IMG/VR virus record: IMGVR_UViG_3300020152_000022
Direction: 5' to 3' (one strand)
Source of the DNA: a virus
Length of the DNA: 64,000 bases
A model generated the notes under the pieces. That model made no database searches and had not been told where the DNA came from. It saw only the letters and a list, made by a program, of their open reading frames with translations. The translations under genes were made by a program, and so were the position numbers. Shown piece by piece: positions 1 through 9,630 of this stretch. Numbering within the stretch: the first letter of the stretch is position 1; each line of letters opens with the position of its first letter.

Positions 1-254
1 TTGGGGTCGGAGGGATGGACGCCATAACGTTTGACGAAGTCATTGCCCATGCCTTCCGGAAAGCCCGTGCCCTTGCCGCCGACCAGAAGCTGGTAAGGGC
101 CATAGGACGGTTCCTGAATACCATTCTTGCGATAGCCGGAACGCAGGGTCGGATTGGAAAGCCCGCCTTCCGAACGGGCAACGGCCACGGCAGTGTCGGG
201 ATTGATCCCGCGTGCGAGCGCTTGCTGTCGGATATAGGCTTCAATCTCGGTCAT
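1..254 (-). CDS. Partial ORF (runs off window): ejection/internal virion protein with N-terminal lysozyme-like (lytic transglycosylase) domain
   Basis: Manual translation MTEIEAYIRQQALARGINPDTAVAVARSEGGL...SYGPYQL; ATGA overlap with upstream ORF; SLT-like Glu and GxxQL motifs. Confidence 0.7.
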   Translation of the reverse strand, partial: MTEIEAYIRQQALARGINPDTAVAVARSEGGLSNPTLRSGYRKNGIQEPSYGPYQLLVGGKGTGFPEGMGNDFVKRYGVHPSDP

Positions 255-1033
255 CGGCGTCCCAGTCCAGCAATGCCCTGAGCAAATATCTTGCTCTTCT
301 CGCGAGGATCATGACCAACGGGGAGCGGCAGCGGGCCAGCCGAGACCATGCCTTCCTCTTCGAAGGGGCCAAGCGGGGTGCCCTTGTCCTTGGCGGCAGG
401 CACTTCCGTATAGGTGCCCTTCGGCAGTTCCCAGTCGATCATGCCACGCGCCAGTTGCCAGCCCTGCATGTCGGAGCGCATCAGGCCGCTGTTGAGCGAG
501 GGCATGGCGACACGGTTGCCATTGACCTCAACCACCGAGGGCTGCACCACCGGAACAGAGACCATCTTCTGATCGGGCTTTTCGACCTGACCGCCCTTGG
601 CGTAGGGACGCTGCGCCGGAGCCGACTGGCCGGGCACGAGAGACCCAAGCCCTGCCGGAGCCTGCGGCTGACCGGGGACGTTCGGCGGGTTGAGCGGGAA
701 GTAACCGCCGTTGGCCTTGGTCATCTGTTCCTGCATCAGGCTCGCCGCATATTGCGGGTTCATCTGCGCCTGCATCTGGGCGTAGAAAGGGTTGGCTCCC
801 GAGACCAGTCCGCCGCTGGAATAGCCGGGGACAGAGCCGATCCCCTGAAGAAGCTCTTCTTTCATCGATGTCTTGCTTTCCGGTTGCGAGGCCGATGCTC
901 TGAGCGCCTTACGGTCTTCGAGTTCGGCCATGACAAGATAGCCCGGCACCATGCCTGACGGCTGTTCAAGCTCTCGGGTGAGAGCTTCATCGGGCAGCGA
1001 CTTGACTTCCTGATAGGCGCGCGAGAGGTCCAT
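251..1033 (-). CDS. Putative DNA ejection/internal virion protein
   Basis: Position among ejection genes; Q/P/G-rich; repeated xGG motifs (SSGGLV, ANGGYF, YAKGGQV). Confidence 0.6.
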   Translation of the reverse strand: MDLSRAYQEVKSLPDEALTRELEQPSGMVPGYLVMAELEDRKALRASASQPESKTSMKEELLQGIGSVPGYSSGGLVSGANPFYAQMQAQMNPQYAASLMQEQMTKANGGYFPLNPPNVPGQPQAPAGLGSLVPGQSAPAQRPYAKGGQVEKPDQKMVSVPVVQPSVVEVNGNRVAMPSLNSGLMRSDMQGWQLARGMIDWELPKGTYTEVPAAKDKGTPLGPFEEEGMVSAGPLPLPVGHDPREKSKIFAQGIAGLGRR

Positions 1034-1073
1034 TAGAAAAATCCTGTCAGGATTTGGATGGGAGCGTTAGCGA

Positions 1074-2198
1074 TCATTGTTGACCCAATCCGTTAAGCGA
1101 GGCGAGACCGCCAAGGGAGCCGACTGCCCCAAGAAGGTTATTCTGGCTGGTGCCCGTGACGATTTCCCGGTTCGGCGAGATCGGCACACCCTGAAGGATC
1201 GAGGACAGGAACTGTAGGTTCTGCCGCTCACTGTCACGCTGGTTGACGAAGTCGGCATATCTCTGGTCGAGATTGCGCTGCCGGTAATCCTCACGGGTCT
1301 GGCCGACGCCGAGCATCGCTTGGATGCGCTGCTGGGTCATATCGTCTTGCTGCGCCAAGGCTCCGGCCTGATCGACATAAGCCGTGCGCGCCAGATCGAG
1401 ACCGCGCAAACGATAGTCCGAACCGAACTGGCGCGAGGTCTCGTTGAGATTGGCGGCGTTGAGGTTCGCCCCCTGATTGGCAATCTGGCTTTCAAGATCA
1501 AGCTGCTGGTTGCCCTGATTGAAACCAAGTGCGGTGTTCTGGTTCTGGGTCGCCGCCGCCAGTGCGCGCTCGCGGTCGGTGTTGAACTGGCTCTGGGCAT
1601 TTTCGTAGGCCGACTGCTGGCCGGTCACGAATATGTCGGTCAGGTTGTTGCTTAGCTGGTTCTGGGCAATGGCATTCTGCACCGCAGCGCGCGAGCCACC
1701 GAACGAGCCAGCACGCGCGGCCTGCAAGTTGCGGGTTGCCTGCTGCTGCTGGAACTGATCAACGGCGTTGGTCTGCGCCCGGTTGACCACCGCATCCATA
1801 TAGGGCGACATATACTTGTCGCGCGCTGTCGCATCGAAGTCCGAGGTCGAGACCTGATTGAGACCATTGGTGCCCCAGCCGAGTTGCGCGGCATTGGTCT
1901 GATCGGCCTGATAGTTGGACGGGTTGTAGCTCAGGTTGCCGGACTGCTGGGCAATGCCGCCGAGACCGCCCGTGACGCCGCCCATGCCCGTGCCTGATTT
2001 GGCATAGTCCTGTGCCATGCCGAGCGCGTTCTTGGTCTCGGGCCGCATGTCGGCGATGCGGTCTTTCTTGTACGGGATATACTTGCTCGTGCTTTCCTTC
2101 TGCGCACGCTGCATGAGATTGGTGAAATACGGCTCAGCGTATTCAGGCAGATTGCTCTGCGTCACCGTGCTCTGGGTCGATCCGCTACCGCCACCCAT
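1074..2198 (-). CDS. Putative DNA ejection/pilot protein
   Basis: Start MGGGSGSTQSTVTQ..LPEYAEPY; YMSPYMDAVV and AGSFGGSR motifs typical of podovirus pilot proteins; Q/N/G-rich. Confidence 0.7.
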   Translation of the reverse strand: MGGGSGSTQSTVTQSNLPEYAEPYFTNLMQRAQKESTSKYIPYKKDRIADMRPETKNALGMAQDYAKSGTGMGGVTGGLGGIAQQSGNLSYNPSNYQADQTNAAQLGWGTNGLNQVSTSDFDATARDKYMSPYMDAVVNRAQTNAVDQFQQQQATRNLQAARAGSFGGSRAAVQNAIAQNQLSNNLTDIFVTGQQSAYENAQSQFNTDRERALAAATQNQNTALGFNQGNQQLDLESQIANQGANLNAANLNETSRQFGSDYRLRGLDLARTAYVDQAGALAQQDDMTQQRIQAMLGVGQTREDYRQRNLDQRYADFVNQRDSERQNLQFLSSILQGVPISPNREIVTGTSQNNLLGAVGSLGGLASLNGLGQQ

Positions 2199-2199
2199 A

Positions 2200-2616
2200 T
2201 CAGTTCTCCAAATCCGTGCTATACATGCTGACGATCTTACAGCCGCGTTCCCGCGCGCGTGCACGCCAGCCATCCCGACCCCGAGCGTCTATCCCGGAGC
2301 ATCCCGTATCGCGTGCGTAATTCTTGAGGATTGACCAGCAATCGTCCTGCCAAATATCAAGACCATCGCCGCCGACGTGATGCACCAGCAATCGCCTGCA
2401 TAGAGGGAACTGTTGCACCATTGTAGTAAAGCACGCTATTGCATTTCCGTCATCATCAAGAACCGCCCAAAGTGTCTCTCTTTCATTGATGATGTTGTCG
2501 AGAACATCGACTGTCCGGTAGTAACCCGGTGCCGCCTCCAGAGCCTTGGCGATGAAAGGCTCGGCGATGGGCCAGAAAACATTGAGCGCTTCGTTGGGGA
2601 CGAGGGAGATGATCAT
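2200..2616 (-). CDS. GNAT-like (acetyltransferase-fold) virion-module protein
   Basis: W..AEPFI, LWAV, T.VQQFP, GGDGL..W, GCSGI..RGRDGW pattern, in the position usual for this gene. Confidence 0.6.
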   Translation of the reverse strand: MIISLVPNEALNVFWPIAEPFIAKALEAAPGYYRTVDVLDNIINERETLWAVLDDDGNAIACFTTMVQQFPLCRRLLVHHVGGDGLDIWQDDCWSILKNYARDTGCSGIDARGRDGWRARARERGCKIVSMYSTDLEN

Positions 2617-4109
2617 ACTGGCATCACATCAGAAGGGTTCATTGCTTCGGGTTGCTTGGAGCCATTCGAGGTGTGCTGACGAACCTTGCTCATCATGCCA
2701 TCCAACTGGCGGGCACCCGCTTCCGTCGAGCCATTGCCGAGACCGGAGACCACATCTGCCGGGATGACGAACTCGCCTTCGGAGAGCGATGCCAAGCCCT
2801 GAGACCCGTCCTTGCCGGTGACGGTGGCAGGAACGCTGTCGCTCATGCCATCCCCCATCGGATCGGGCTGGCCTTCACCGGATTGGTGAATGGCGCTCAT
2901 CAGGTCGGCCAGTGCCGTATGACCGAAGGTCGACAGGAACATCGCCACAAGCTGCTGGGCATCGGGCGACTGTTCGATCAGGGCCTGCTTGGTGGCTTGG
3001 ATCAGGTCCTTGTCGCTCATCTCACCGGACGAATTGTCCAGAGAGGCAAGCCCGCCCTCGGCGTAACCCTTGACCAGTCCGCCCATGGCGAATTTGCGCT
3101 TGGTCGCCTTGCTGCCCTTGTACTTGTCGTCGGGGAAGTAGTCGTGCTCGCCGTCGCCGCCCGAACCCTTGAAGCTCACTTTGCCCCGGTGATAGGTGGT
3201 CTTCTTCAGCTTCGGCGCTTCCTGCTCTTCCATCTCCGGCATATCCGATCCACCCATCATGGCCGCCAAGGGGGCGAGACCCTGCATCATGGTCGACATA
3301 TTCGAGCCGGAGAAGATGCCCGAGGTGGTCGATGCCGGTGCCGGACCCAGTAGCGTCGCGCCGGGTGTCGTGGCATTGATGCCGGGAATGGTCGAGGGCG
3401 GTGTCACTGCCGGAGTAATCGATGCTGGTGCCGAAGAGACAACAGACGAAGGCGAGGCCAAGGTTGAAGGCGTCACCGCATTGGTGAGCGCCGCATCCAT
3501 GGCAGGCTTGAACAGAGGCGCGCTTGCCGGGTTGGCCGCGACAGAAGGCAGCGAGGTTGCCGTTGTTGCTGCCGGATTTGCCAGCATCGACGGGGTCGTA
3601 GCGGCGAGCGTGTCGAGACCGCCAGAACCGAGAAGCGTCGGCGTTGCTGCGCTGAGCGTGCTTGTCGCAGAAGGAAGTGCCGCCGTTGCTGCGGGAAGCG
3701 CCGAGGTCGCAGCCGCAGGGATTGCAGCGGTGGCAGCAGGCAGCGCACTGGCTGCGGTGGTCGCGCCAAGTGTCGCCGCCTGCGCCGCAGGAAGCGCAGC
3801 CGTCCCGAGCGCGCCCCCTATCGTGGCAGCAGCAGGAATTGCCGATGCTGCCGTGGTTGCTGCGGTGGCTGCCGCAGGCAATGCCGCTGCGGCGGTGGCT
3901 GCACCAGCGCCGATTGAGCCGAGACCCGCCAAGAACGGCAGGAAGAAGAAGGCTTCCGGAAGCCCGGTCTCCGGATTGGTGGGGAGCTTGCCCTTGGGAT
4001 GAAGGGATGCCAGACCTTCAAGCTCCGTATCGGACACATGGAGCAGGCGGTTGTCGCCATAACGTCCAGCCTTGGCTGCCTTCTCAAGGGTTTTCTTCAT
4101 GTCAAGCAC
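2613..4109 (-). CDS. Putative ejection/internal virion protein with Ala/Thr/Pro low-complexity region
   Basis: N-term GRYGD..L.HVS...NPETGLPEAF; C-term GDGMSDSVPA..LSEGEFVIPADVVSGLGNGS; FAMGG and YAEGG motifs. Confidence 0.7.
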   Translation of the reverse strand: MLDMKKTLEKAAKAGRYGDNRLLHVSDTELEGLASLHPKGKLPTNPETGLPEAFFFLPFLAGLGSIGAGAATAAAALPAAATAATTAASAIPAAATIGGALGTAALPAAQAATLGATTAASALPAATAAIPAAATSALPAATAALPSATSTLSAATPTLLGSGGLDTLAATTPSMLANPAATTATSLPSVAANPASAPLFKPAMDAALTNAVTPSTLASPSSVVSSAPASITPAVTPPSTIPGINATTPGATLLGPAPASTTSGIFSGSNMSTMMQGLAPLAAMMGGSDMPEMEEQEAPKLKKTTYHRGKVSFKGSGGDGEHDYFPDDKYKGSKATKRKFAMGGLVKGYAEGGLASLDNSSGEMSDKDLIQATKQALIEQSPDAQQLVAMFLSTFGHTALADLMSAIHQSGEGQPDPMGDGMSDSVPATVTGKDGSQGLASLSEGEFVIPADVVSGLGNGSTEAGARQLDGMMSKVRQHTSNGSKQPEAMNPSDVMPV

Positions 4110-4404
4110 TCACCGTTTGGCCGCTGTCACAAGCGATCCAGTTTGATCCGTCGAAAAAGACGAGCACGCCTGTGCCGTCCCCAGCGCCTTCTCCATTTTT
4201 CCTGCCATCGCTGGCATAGGAAACGTCGCCCTCGCGTGCGCGTGTCGGCAATGTTGCCACTGTCAGCGCTTGCAAGTTGATGGTCGTCAATTCCGCGCTG
4301 CCTCTGGAGATCAGAGCGCGGAAGGTTTTCTCGATCAGGCCAGCAATCCGGTTCAGCGCGGGGTCGTCAGAGCCGAAGTTGGGGATCGGGAGATTGTCTT
4401 TCAT
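4102..4404 (-). CDS. Small virion/tail-associated protein
   Basis: ATGA-coupled to upstream gene; C-term GTGVLVFFDGSNW. Confidence 0.55.
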   Translation of the reverse strand: MKDNLPIPNFGSDDPALNRIAGLIEKTFRALISRGSAELTTINLQALTVATLPTRAREGDVSYASDGRKNGEGAGDGTGVLVFFDGSNWIACDSGQTVSA

Positions 4405-6284
4405 CGCTGGCCGTCCGTCCGGATATCGAAGCGCGGCATGCCGACACGCCACTGCGAGCCAAGGCTGTCGCTCTCCAGCCGCACCGTCAGCGAGCGGCCT
4501 CGAAGCCGGACATGCAGTTCGTCGGTGAACTCTTCCGGGCCGGTGATCACAAGGGTGTTCTGGCTGATATGGCCGGTGCCATCGGTCTTGAAGCCGCCAC
4601 CGGGCTTGTCCATCATCTTCAGCGTCATGGTCATTTGCGGCGTGTTGGTGCCGTCATAATCCATGAAGGTCACATCAGGCAGGACACGGCGGATGAACAT
4701 GAAGCGGTCGCCCTTGTCGAACGACCCTTCCGACGACAGTTCGAACGGCGCGCTTTCGACATAGGCATCCAGAGCGACAGGCGGGTCTTGGCTGCCGTCG
4801 TCATTGCCGGTCTCATGGTAGAGCATCTTGCCTTGGGCATTGGTGGCAAGCGGCATGTACTGGAAGTCCATGTCGATCCATGCCGTGCGGTCGAGTTCGC
4901 CAATCGTCCAGATGTTCTGCGCCACGTCATAGGCGACATACTTGTCGTTATCGGAAGATGCATTGGACTGGTAAAACCAGATGACTTCATTCTGCGAACG
5001 ATTGGTCGAGCAATAGACCTTGGCGATCTGGTTCATGTTGATGTCGTCTAGGAGATAGGTCCAGACGGTGCAGGGCATCTTGGTCACGCGACCATCATAC
5101 ATATAGAAACCGGATCGGCCCATCCAGAACACGTTGCCGCCGAAGGATCGGCCAGCATTTATCCCGGCAATATCGGTGCTGTCGGCGATGATTTCAGCGA
5201 CATAAACATCCGGTGCGCCAACGAACTGGAGCGAGTAGAGGGCGGCATCCGTCCAGACAAGGAATTCGCGGTTGGTCTGGACGACAGCGATAAAGCCAGA
5301 GCCGCGCGACAGCGGGATCGATCCGGCAGTGCCAGCAAGATCAGCTTCGTTCCAGTTATAGATATTCTCCTGAGAGCACCACCGGATGGTCATCGGCGCT
5401 TCTTCAGAGCCGCCGTACTCGTTGGAGACGCCGAAGGCCAAGAGATGCCTGTCTCGATGCGACACGGCAATGAAGCGTGCGAAGGTCGGGGCATTGCCAT
5501 CAGCGCCGGGAAGATCGCGAATATCGACCATGCGGTCAGCCGGGTTGTCGGCATCCCAGTAGAAGATCGGTCCATTATAAGCGCAGGCGACGAGGTCTTC
5601 GCCCCAGTTGGCCTGAGACCAGACGCCCATAGGACCGGTCGTGCCGATCAGCGCGCCACCCCATGGGTTCTCACCCCATCCCTCGTAACCCCATGAGCCG
5701 CCATCGGTCGTGTTTTCGGGACCGGCAAAATAGAGATAGTCGACCTCGATGGCCGCGCCGCCGCCTGTTGCCGTCGAGGTGGCCGGGTCTCCGGAGACCA
5801 CGAAGGCATAATTGTCGACGTCGATGAATTCCGTCACCGTATGCTCGGTGTTCAACTGGTCAGTGGACAATCCGCCCACTGCATCCGCCCCGGAGATTTC
5901 GATGAAGTTTCCCGGAACGGCACCATGGTTGGTGTCGGTGATGACCACGCGGTTCGATCCCGATGTGGTCGCAATGGTATTGTCGAGAGTGGCGCTGCGG
6001 CGGACGGGGGTGACGTCCGCCACATTCGTATCGGTGATGACGTAGAAGCGCGAGTTGGTCCCGGCAGAGAGATAGACATAACCATTGAGCAATGCCCAAC
6101 GGTTGAGGGAGCGGCACTTGCCGTCAAGCTCGATATCAGGCTTGTAGCGCGCCCAGCCTTTCCATCTTTCAGGGAACCCTTCACGGAAGCGCACGAGGTT
6201 GCTGTCAACCCACGTTCCTTGCGCTCCGTAACGGGTCACATCTTTGACGATGCCCGGTTGCAGGGCAACTCGCGTCCACGGCAT
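4401..6284 (-). CDS. Tail nozzle / head-closure protein (P22 gp10 / tubular protein B-like)
   Basis: 627 aa beta-rich; PGIVKD.T.Y..QG.WVD...VRFR, SHRDRHL.AFG, IRWCSQE motifs. Confidence 0.75.
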   Translation of the reverse strand: MPWTRVALQPGIVKDVTRYGAQGTWVDSNLVRFREGFPERWKGWARYKPDIELDGKCRSLNRWALLNGYVYLSAGTNSRFYVITDTNVADVTPVRRSATLDNTIATTSGSNRVVITDTNHGAVPGNFIEISGADAVGGLSTDQLNTEHTVTEFIDVDNYAFVVSGDPATSTATGGGAAIEVDYLYFAGPENTTDGGSWGYEGWGENPWGGALIGTTGPMGVWSQANWGEDLVACAYNGPIFYWDADNPADRMVDIRDLPGADGNAPTFARFIAVSHRDRHLLAFGVSNEYGGSEEAPMTIRWCSQENIYNWNEADLAGTAGSIPLSRGSGFIAVVQTNREFLVWTDAALYSLQFVGAPDVYVAEIIADSTDIAGINAGRSFGGNVFWMGRSGFYMYDGRVTKMPCTVWTYLLDDINMNQIAKVYCSTNRSQNEVIWFYQSNASSDNDKYVAYDVAQNIWTIGELDRTAWIDMDFQYMPLATNAQGKMLYHETGNDDGSQDPPVALDAYVESAPFELSSEGSFDKGDRFMFIRRVLPDVTFMDYDGTNTPQMTMTLKMMDKPGGGFKTDGTGHISQNTLVITGPEEFTDELHVRLRGRSLTVRLESDSLGSQWRVGMPRFDIRTDGQR

Positions 6285-6286
6285 GA

Positions 6287-6457
6287 TCAGGCCTTACGGT
6301 TAGCCGGAGCCAGATAGGTGGCGATGGCGGACAGAAGCATGGTGATCGCCGCGACCATGTCGGGCGAGTTCATCTCTGCGGGAAGGCCAAGCTTCGATAC
6401 GCCGATGCCAAGGACACCGCCGATGATCGAGCCGAAGAGCTTCGAATAGTTCGACAT
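6287..6457 (-). CDS. Holin (56 aa, two hydrophobic segments)
   Basis: Manual translation MSNYSKLFGSIIGGVLGIGVSKLG...AAITMLLSAIATYLAPANRKA, directly after the endolysin. Confidence 0.7.
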   Translation of the reverse strand: MSNYSKLFGSIIGGVLGIGVSKLGLPAEMNSPDMVAAITMLLSAIATYLAPANRKA

Positions 6458-6462
6458 GCTGG

Positions 6463-7224
6463 TTACTTTCTGAAGAGGCCAAGGAGCACGGAGACAAAGT
6501 TCAGGCAGGCATCAACCAGAGACGGGGCCGCTTCGGTTTCCGCCGCTGGAGGATTGGTAGGCTTGGGAGCCGCAATGTCGTGCGGTGGCGGGAAGCTCGG
6601 CGAGATCGTGCCGCCCGAGCGCAGTGCCACTTCGAACTTGGAGGCATAACCTGCGATCAGGCTTGCCTTGTCCATGCCATTGATGATCCGTCTGGCATTG
6701 ACGTAATCGGTCGCGCCGTCATGGATATAGTCGGCGAGCTTCTTGCCGGTGAACACACCCTTGACCATACCGATCATCATGATCTGGGTGGCGACATTCA
6801 TGTCCATCGCCTTGTTCGGGTTGGCAACGAGATCGATGCCGGTCTCTACCGACATCTTCTCATAGTTGTATTTATGGGTCAGTTGGACGAGGCCACGGCC
6901 CAGCCAGTATTGACCATTGGCATCTTTACGCCAGTAGGGTGTCTTGACCCATGGCAGTTTGCCCGCCTTCCATGCGCTTTCCAGTCGGCCCGCAGCAAGC
7001 GCGTCACTGGGGGCCAGCGTCTCGCGCACGGGCTGCATGGTGCCAGCGGTTTCATGAAAAGCCGTGGCGAGCATGTAGGCCAGCCAGCGCGGGTCGGCGA
7101 GCCCTGCCTGTTCGAAGGCGGTGATGATAGCCTCGGTGCCTTCGACCTCGCCCTGCGAGATCGTTTCGCCAAAGAGCCGAGACACGCGAATGTTAGCGAA
7201 GAATACTCCACGGTTCATATTCAT
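6463..7224 (-). CDS. Endolysin, glycoside hydrolase family 19 (chitinase-like)
   Basis: LAYMLATAFHET and GRGLVQLTHKYNY motifs; ARRIING. Confidence 0.85.
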   Translation of the reverse strand: MNMNRGVFFANIRVSRLFGETISQGEVEGTEAIITAFEQAGLADPRWLAYMLATAFHETAGTMQPVRETLAPSDALAAGRLESAWKAGKLPWVKTPYWRKDANGQYWLGRGLVQLTHKYNYEKMSVETGIDLVANPNKAMDMNVATQIMMIGMVKGVFTGKKLADYIHDGATDYVNARRIINGMDKASLIAGYASKFEVALRSGGTISPSFPPPHDIAAPKPTNPPAAETEAAPSLVDACLNFVSVLLGLFRK

Positions 7225-7236
7225 GCTCCTTGGTCG

Positions 7237-8709
7237 TTACGAGATGAGCGCCCTGATCCAGCCATAGGTGGGATCGTCGTCGGGCACGCGGAACTGCGTG
7301 GGGAAAGTGCGAACACCGTAGAGGATGCTCGTCAGGTCGCCTACGACATAAAATTTAGCCGCGTCTACACTGTCCACTATCGCGTTGCGCAACGTGATAC
7401 TTAGGCCGGTTATTGTCGGTGTCCATGTGATGCCGTCGTCGGAAATTATCGCCACGCCACTGTCGCCGACCGCAAGGAAGCCGTTGGCGGAGCCCACGAC
7501 AGACCTCAGTTCAGTCGATACGCCACTGGTGCGGGACGTCCATCCGGTGAGGTTGGTGGAGGTAAGGATCGTGCCGCCCGCACCGCAAACGACGTAGGTG
7601 CCTGCGGTGTAGCCAGCCGAATTTAGCGGGAGAATTGATCCACTCGTCCGGCTAGTCCACGTAATTCCGTCTGGGGATGTCAAAATGACGCCGTTGCGGC
7701 CAGTAACAATGAATATGCTGTTAACAAATTCAATTCCGTTTAGGATATTGGTGACGCCCGAGGTTCTTTCCGTCCATGTGGTCCCGTCTGGGGACGACCA
7801 AATGCCCCCGTGCGTGCCGTCTGCTTTTAGGCCAGCTCCCACAAACAAGCTAGCTCCGAACGCGAGGCCAACAAACCCGGCGTCCGGGTCTAGGGAAGTC
7901 GCCGCTCCCCAAGTGTCCCCGTCTGGAGAGGTCGAATAGTTGCCATTGCCATCCACTGCGACAAAAATGCCGTTCCCATAAGCAAGATGGGGGTTGGTAA
8001 ACCCTGTTATGGAAGCCCTGACATTCCACGCCCCCCCATCGATGGAAGCCGCGATGTTGGCGGTAGTGCCGTTAGCGTATGCTGCGGTCAGTCGACCTTC
8101 TGCCTCTACGATGGAATATCCTTGCGCTGTGGTGTTGGCAGCCTCCAAGTCCCACTCAACGCCGTCGTCAAGCGCGGGAAGGAGAGCGGCGAGGTCGGGA
8201 TAATCTGCGGAGTCATAAAGCGAGCCATCGCGACGAAGCCAGTCTGAAGACAGCGTGCGGGCGCTGCCGAAGAAGTCCCCGATCTCGAACGGATCAGGCG
8301 GGTCATTGTCGGCGCTGCCAACGATGGCGGCGGTGGTGCCATTGGAATAGACGACAGACGTGAAGCCACGCGTCACGGTGATGCCACTGCCGCCATCGGG
8401 CTTGACGGTGACAGTATAGTCGCCGGTCGTGCCATTCTTGATGAACCAGAAGCCCTTCTGGTCAGGCCTGAGAAGAATGCTGCGGTCGCCGGTCAGAGCG
8501 CCTGAGAGATTGAGGTAAAGCGATACATGCTGTTCCTCAGTGAGCGTCACGTCAGCGGTGGTCACGGAGATGGACGACTGGTCGGTCAGCGCGCTTTCAA
8601 GGATTGCGAGGTTCGCATTCGTCAGGTCGCCCCAATTGGTATATCCGTAGGCACCGCTCTCGCCATAGACGAGTTCCATGATCTCCAGATTGGTTGAAAG
8701 GCTGGCCAT
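7237..8709 (-). CDS. Tail fibre/spike with collar-like segment and beta-propeller repeats
   Basis: N-term STNLE..WG..TN.NL anchor; WLRRDGSLY..ADYPDL collar; repeated SPDG.TWT.RTSG. Confidence 0.75.
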   Translation of the reverse strand: MASLSTNLEIMELVYGESGAYGYTNWGDLTNANLAILESALTDQSSISVTTADVTLTEEQHVSLYLNLSGALTGDRSILLRPDQKGFWFIKNGTTGDYTVTVKPDGGSGITVTRGFTSVVYSNGTTAAIVGSADNDPPDPFEIGDFFGSARTLSSDWLRRDGSLYDSADYPDLAALLPALDDGVEWDLEAANTTAQGYSIVEAEGRLTAAYANGTTANIAASIDGGAWNVRASITGFTNPHLAYGNGIFVAVDGNGNYSTSPDGDTWGAATSLDPDAGFVGLAFGASLFVGAGLKADGTHGGIWSSPDGTTWTERTSGVTNILNGIEFVNSIFIVTGRNGVILTSPDGITWTSRTSGSILPLNSAGYTAGTYVVCGAGGTILTSTNLTGWTSRTSGVSTELRSVVGSANGFLAVGDSGVAIISDDGITWTPTITGLSITLRNAIVDSVDAAKFYVVGDLTSILYGVRTFPTQFRVPDDDPTYGWIRALIS

Positions 8710-8724
8710 TTACATAGTCCTCTA

Positions 8725-9027
8725 TTAAGGCAGCGTGATCGCGTCGAGTGGCGGGTTTGCCAGCATCTCGTTGATCATCTGGATGTTTTCGGCGACCACC
8801 GAACTGACCACGAAGCGGCGATTGCCGTTTTCGTCCAAGATGCTTTCATGGTCGAAATCCGCCATGATGGCGTTGGCCGGGAGGCTGGCGAAGGCAAGGA
8901 AGGGCTGGCCGACGCCGGGCATCTGCCTGACTGCTTGGGCCACCATGACGACATTGTTGACGGCAGTGGCGGTGCGCAATGTGCCGACTGGATATTCGCA
9001 TACGATCTTCATTTTATCCTCGCTCAT
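8725..9027 (-). CDS. Hypothetical tail-module protein
   Basis: Intact ORF in tail operon. Confidence 0.55.
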   Translation of the reverse strand: MSEDKMKIVCEYPVGTLRTATAVNNVVMVAQAVRQMPGVGQPFLAFASLPANAIMADFDHESILDENGNRRFVVSSVVAENIQMINEMLANPPLDAITLP

Positions 9028-9615
9028 TTAAGATGATCTCACGATGTTTATGGAGAACTCTGCTGGATCAACGGGAACGCCTCCATCATTTACGTTTATC
9101 TCCAGATAATCCGTCGACCTGCTGGTCACATTTATCTGTCCCGATGAACTGCTTACATATGCTGCATAGGATAGATCGGGCTGCGCCTCGGTGAAGAACA
9201 GCCAATACATGCCAACCCCCAGTGGGAATACCATCGCAATACCGGAGGCGGCACCAATGCTTTCGACTATGCCATCTGCGACCGAGAAAACCCCGGACGC
9301 GATCAGGCGCGGGACGGGTGAAACAGCATGGGCTTCCTGCCACTGCGCCACGTAAAGGTCTTGCTCGGCCTGCGTCGCGAAGGTTGGCTCAAGCTTCCAT
9401 TTCGTAAACCAGTGGTTGCCGACTTTTTCGACGCCAGCCGGTGCTGCATATTGCCAAGCCTCTCCAGAGGGTTGCGGCCCCTCATGCACCGGGTCGTAAC
9501 CGAAGTTATCGAGTAACGGCGGCGTCAACACCTTCGGGAAGCTGGTATTGGGGTGGGCATTGCGGAATTCGCGATCAGTGATCACGGCCCCGGTCGAGCG
9601 GCTGCGAACTTTCAT
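9028..9615 (-). CDS. Tail fibre assembly/chaperone-like protein
   Basis: HPNTSFP..L..LL..FGYDPV motif, directly after a fibre gene. Confidence 0.55.
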   Translation of the reverse strand: MKVRSRSTGAVITDREFRNAHPNTSFPKVLTPPLLDNFGYDPVHEGPQPSGEAWQYAAPAGVEKVGNHWFTKWKLEPTFATQAEQDLYVAQWQEAHAVSPVPRLIASGVFSVADGIVESIGAASGIAMVFPLGVGMYWLFFTEAQPDLSYAAYVSSSSGQINVTSRSTDYLEINVNDGGVPVDPAEFSINIVRSS

Positions 9616-9630
9616 GGCTGCTCCTAGTCT

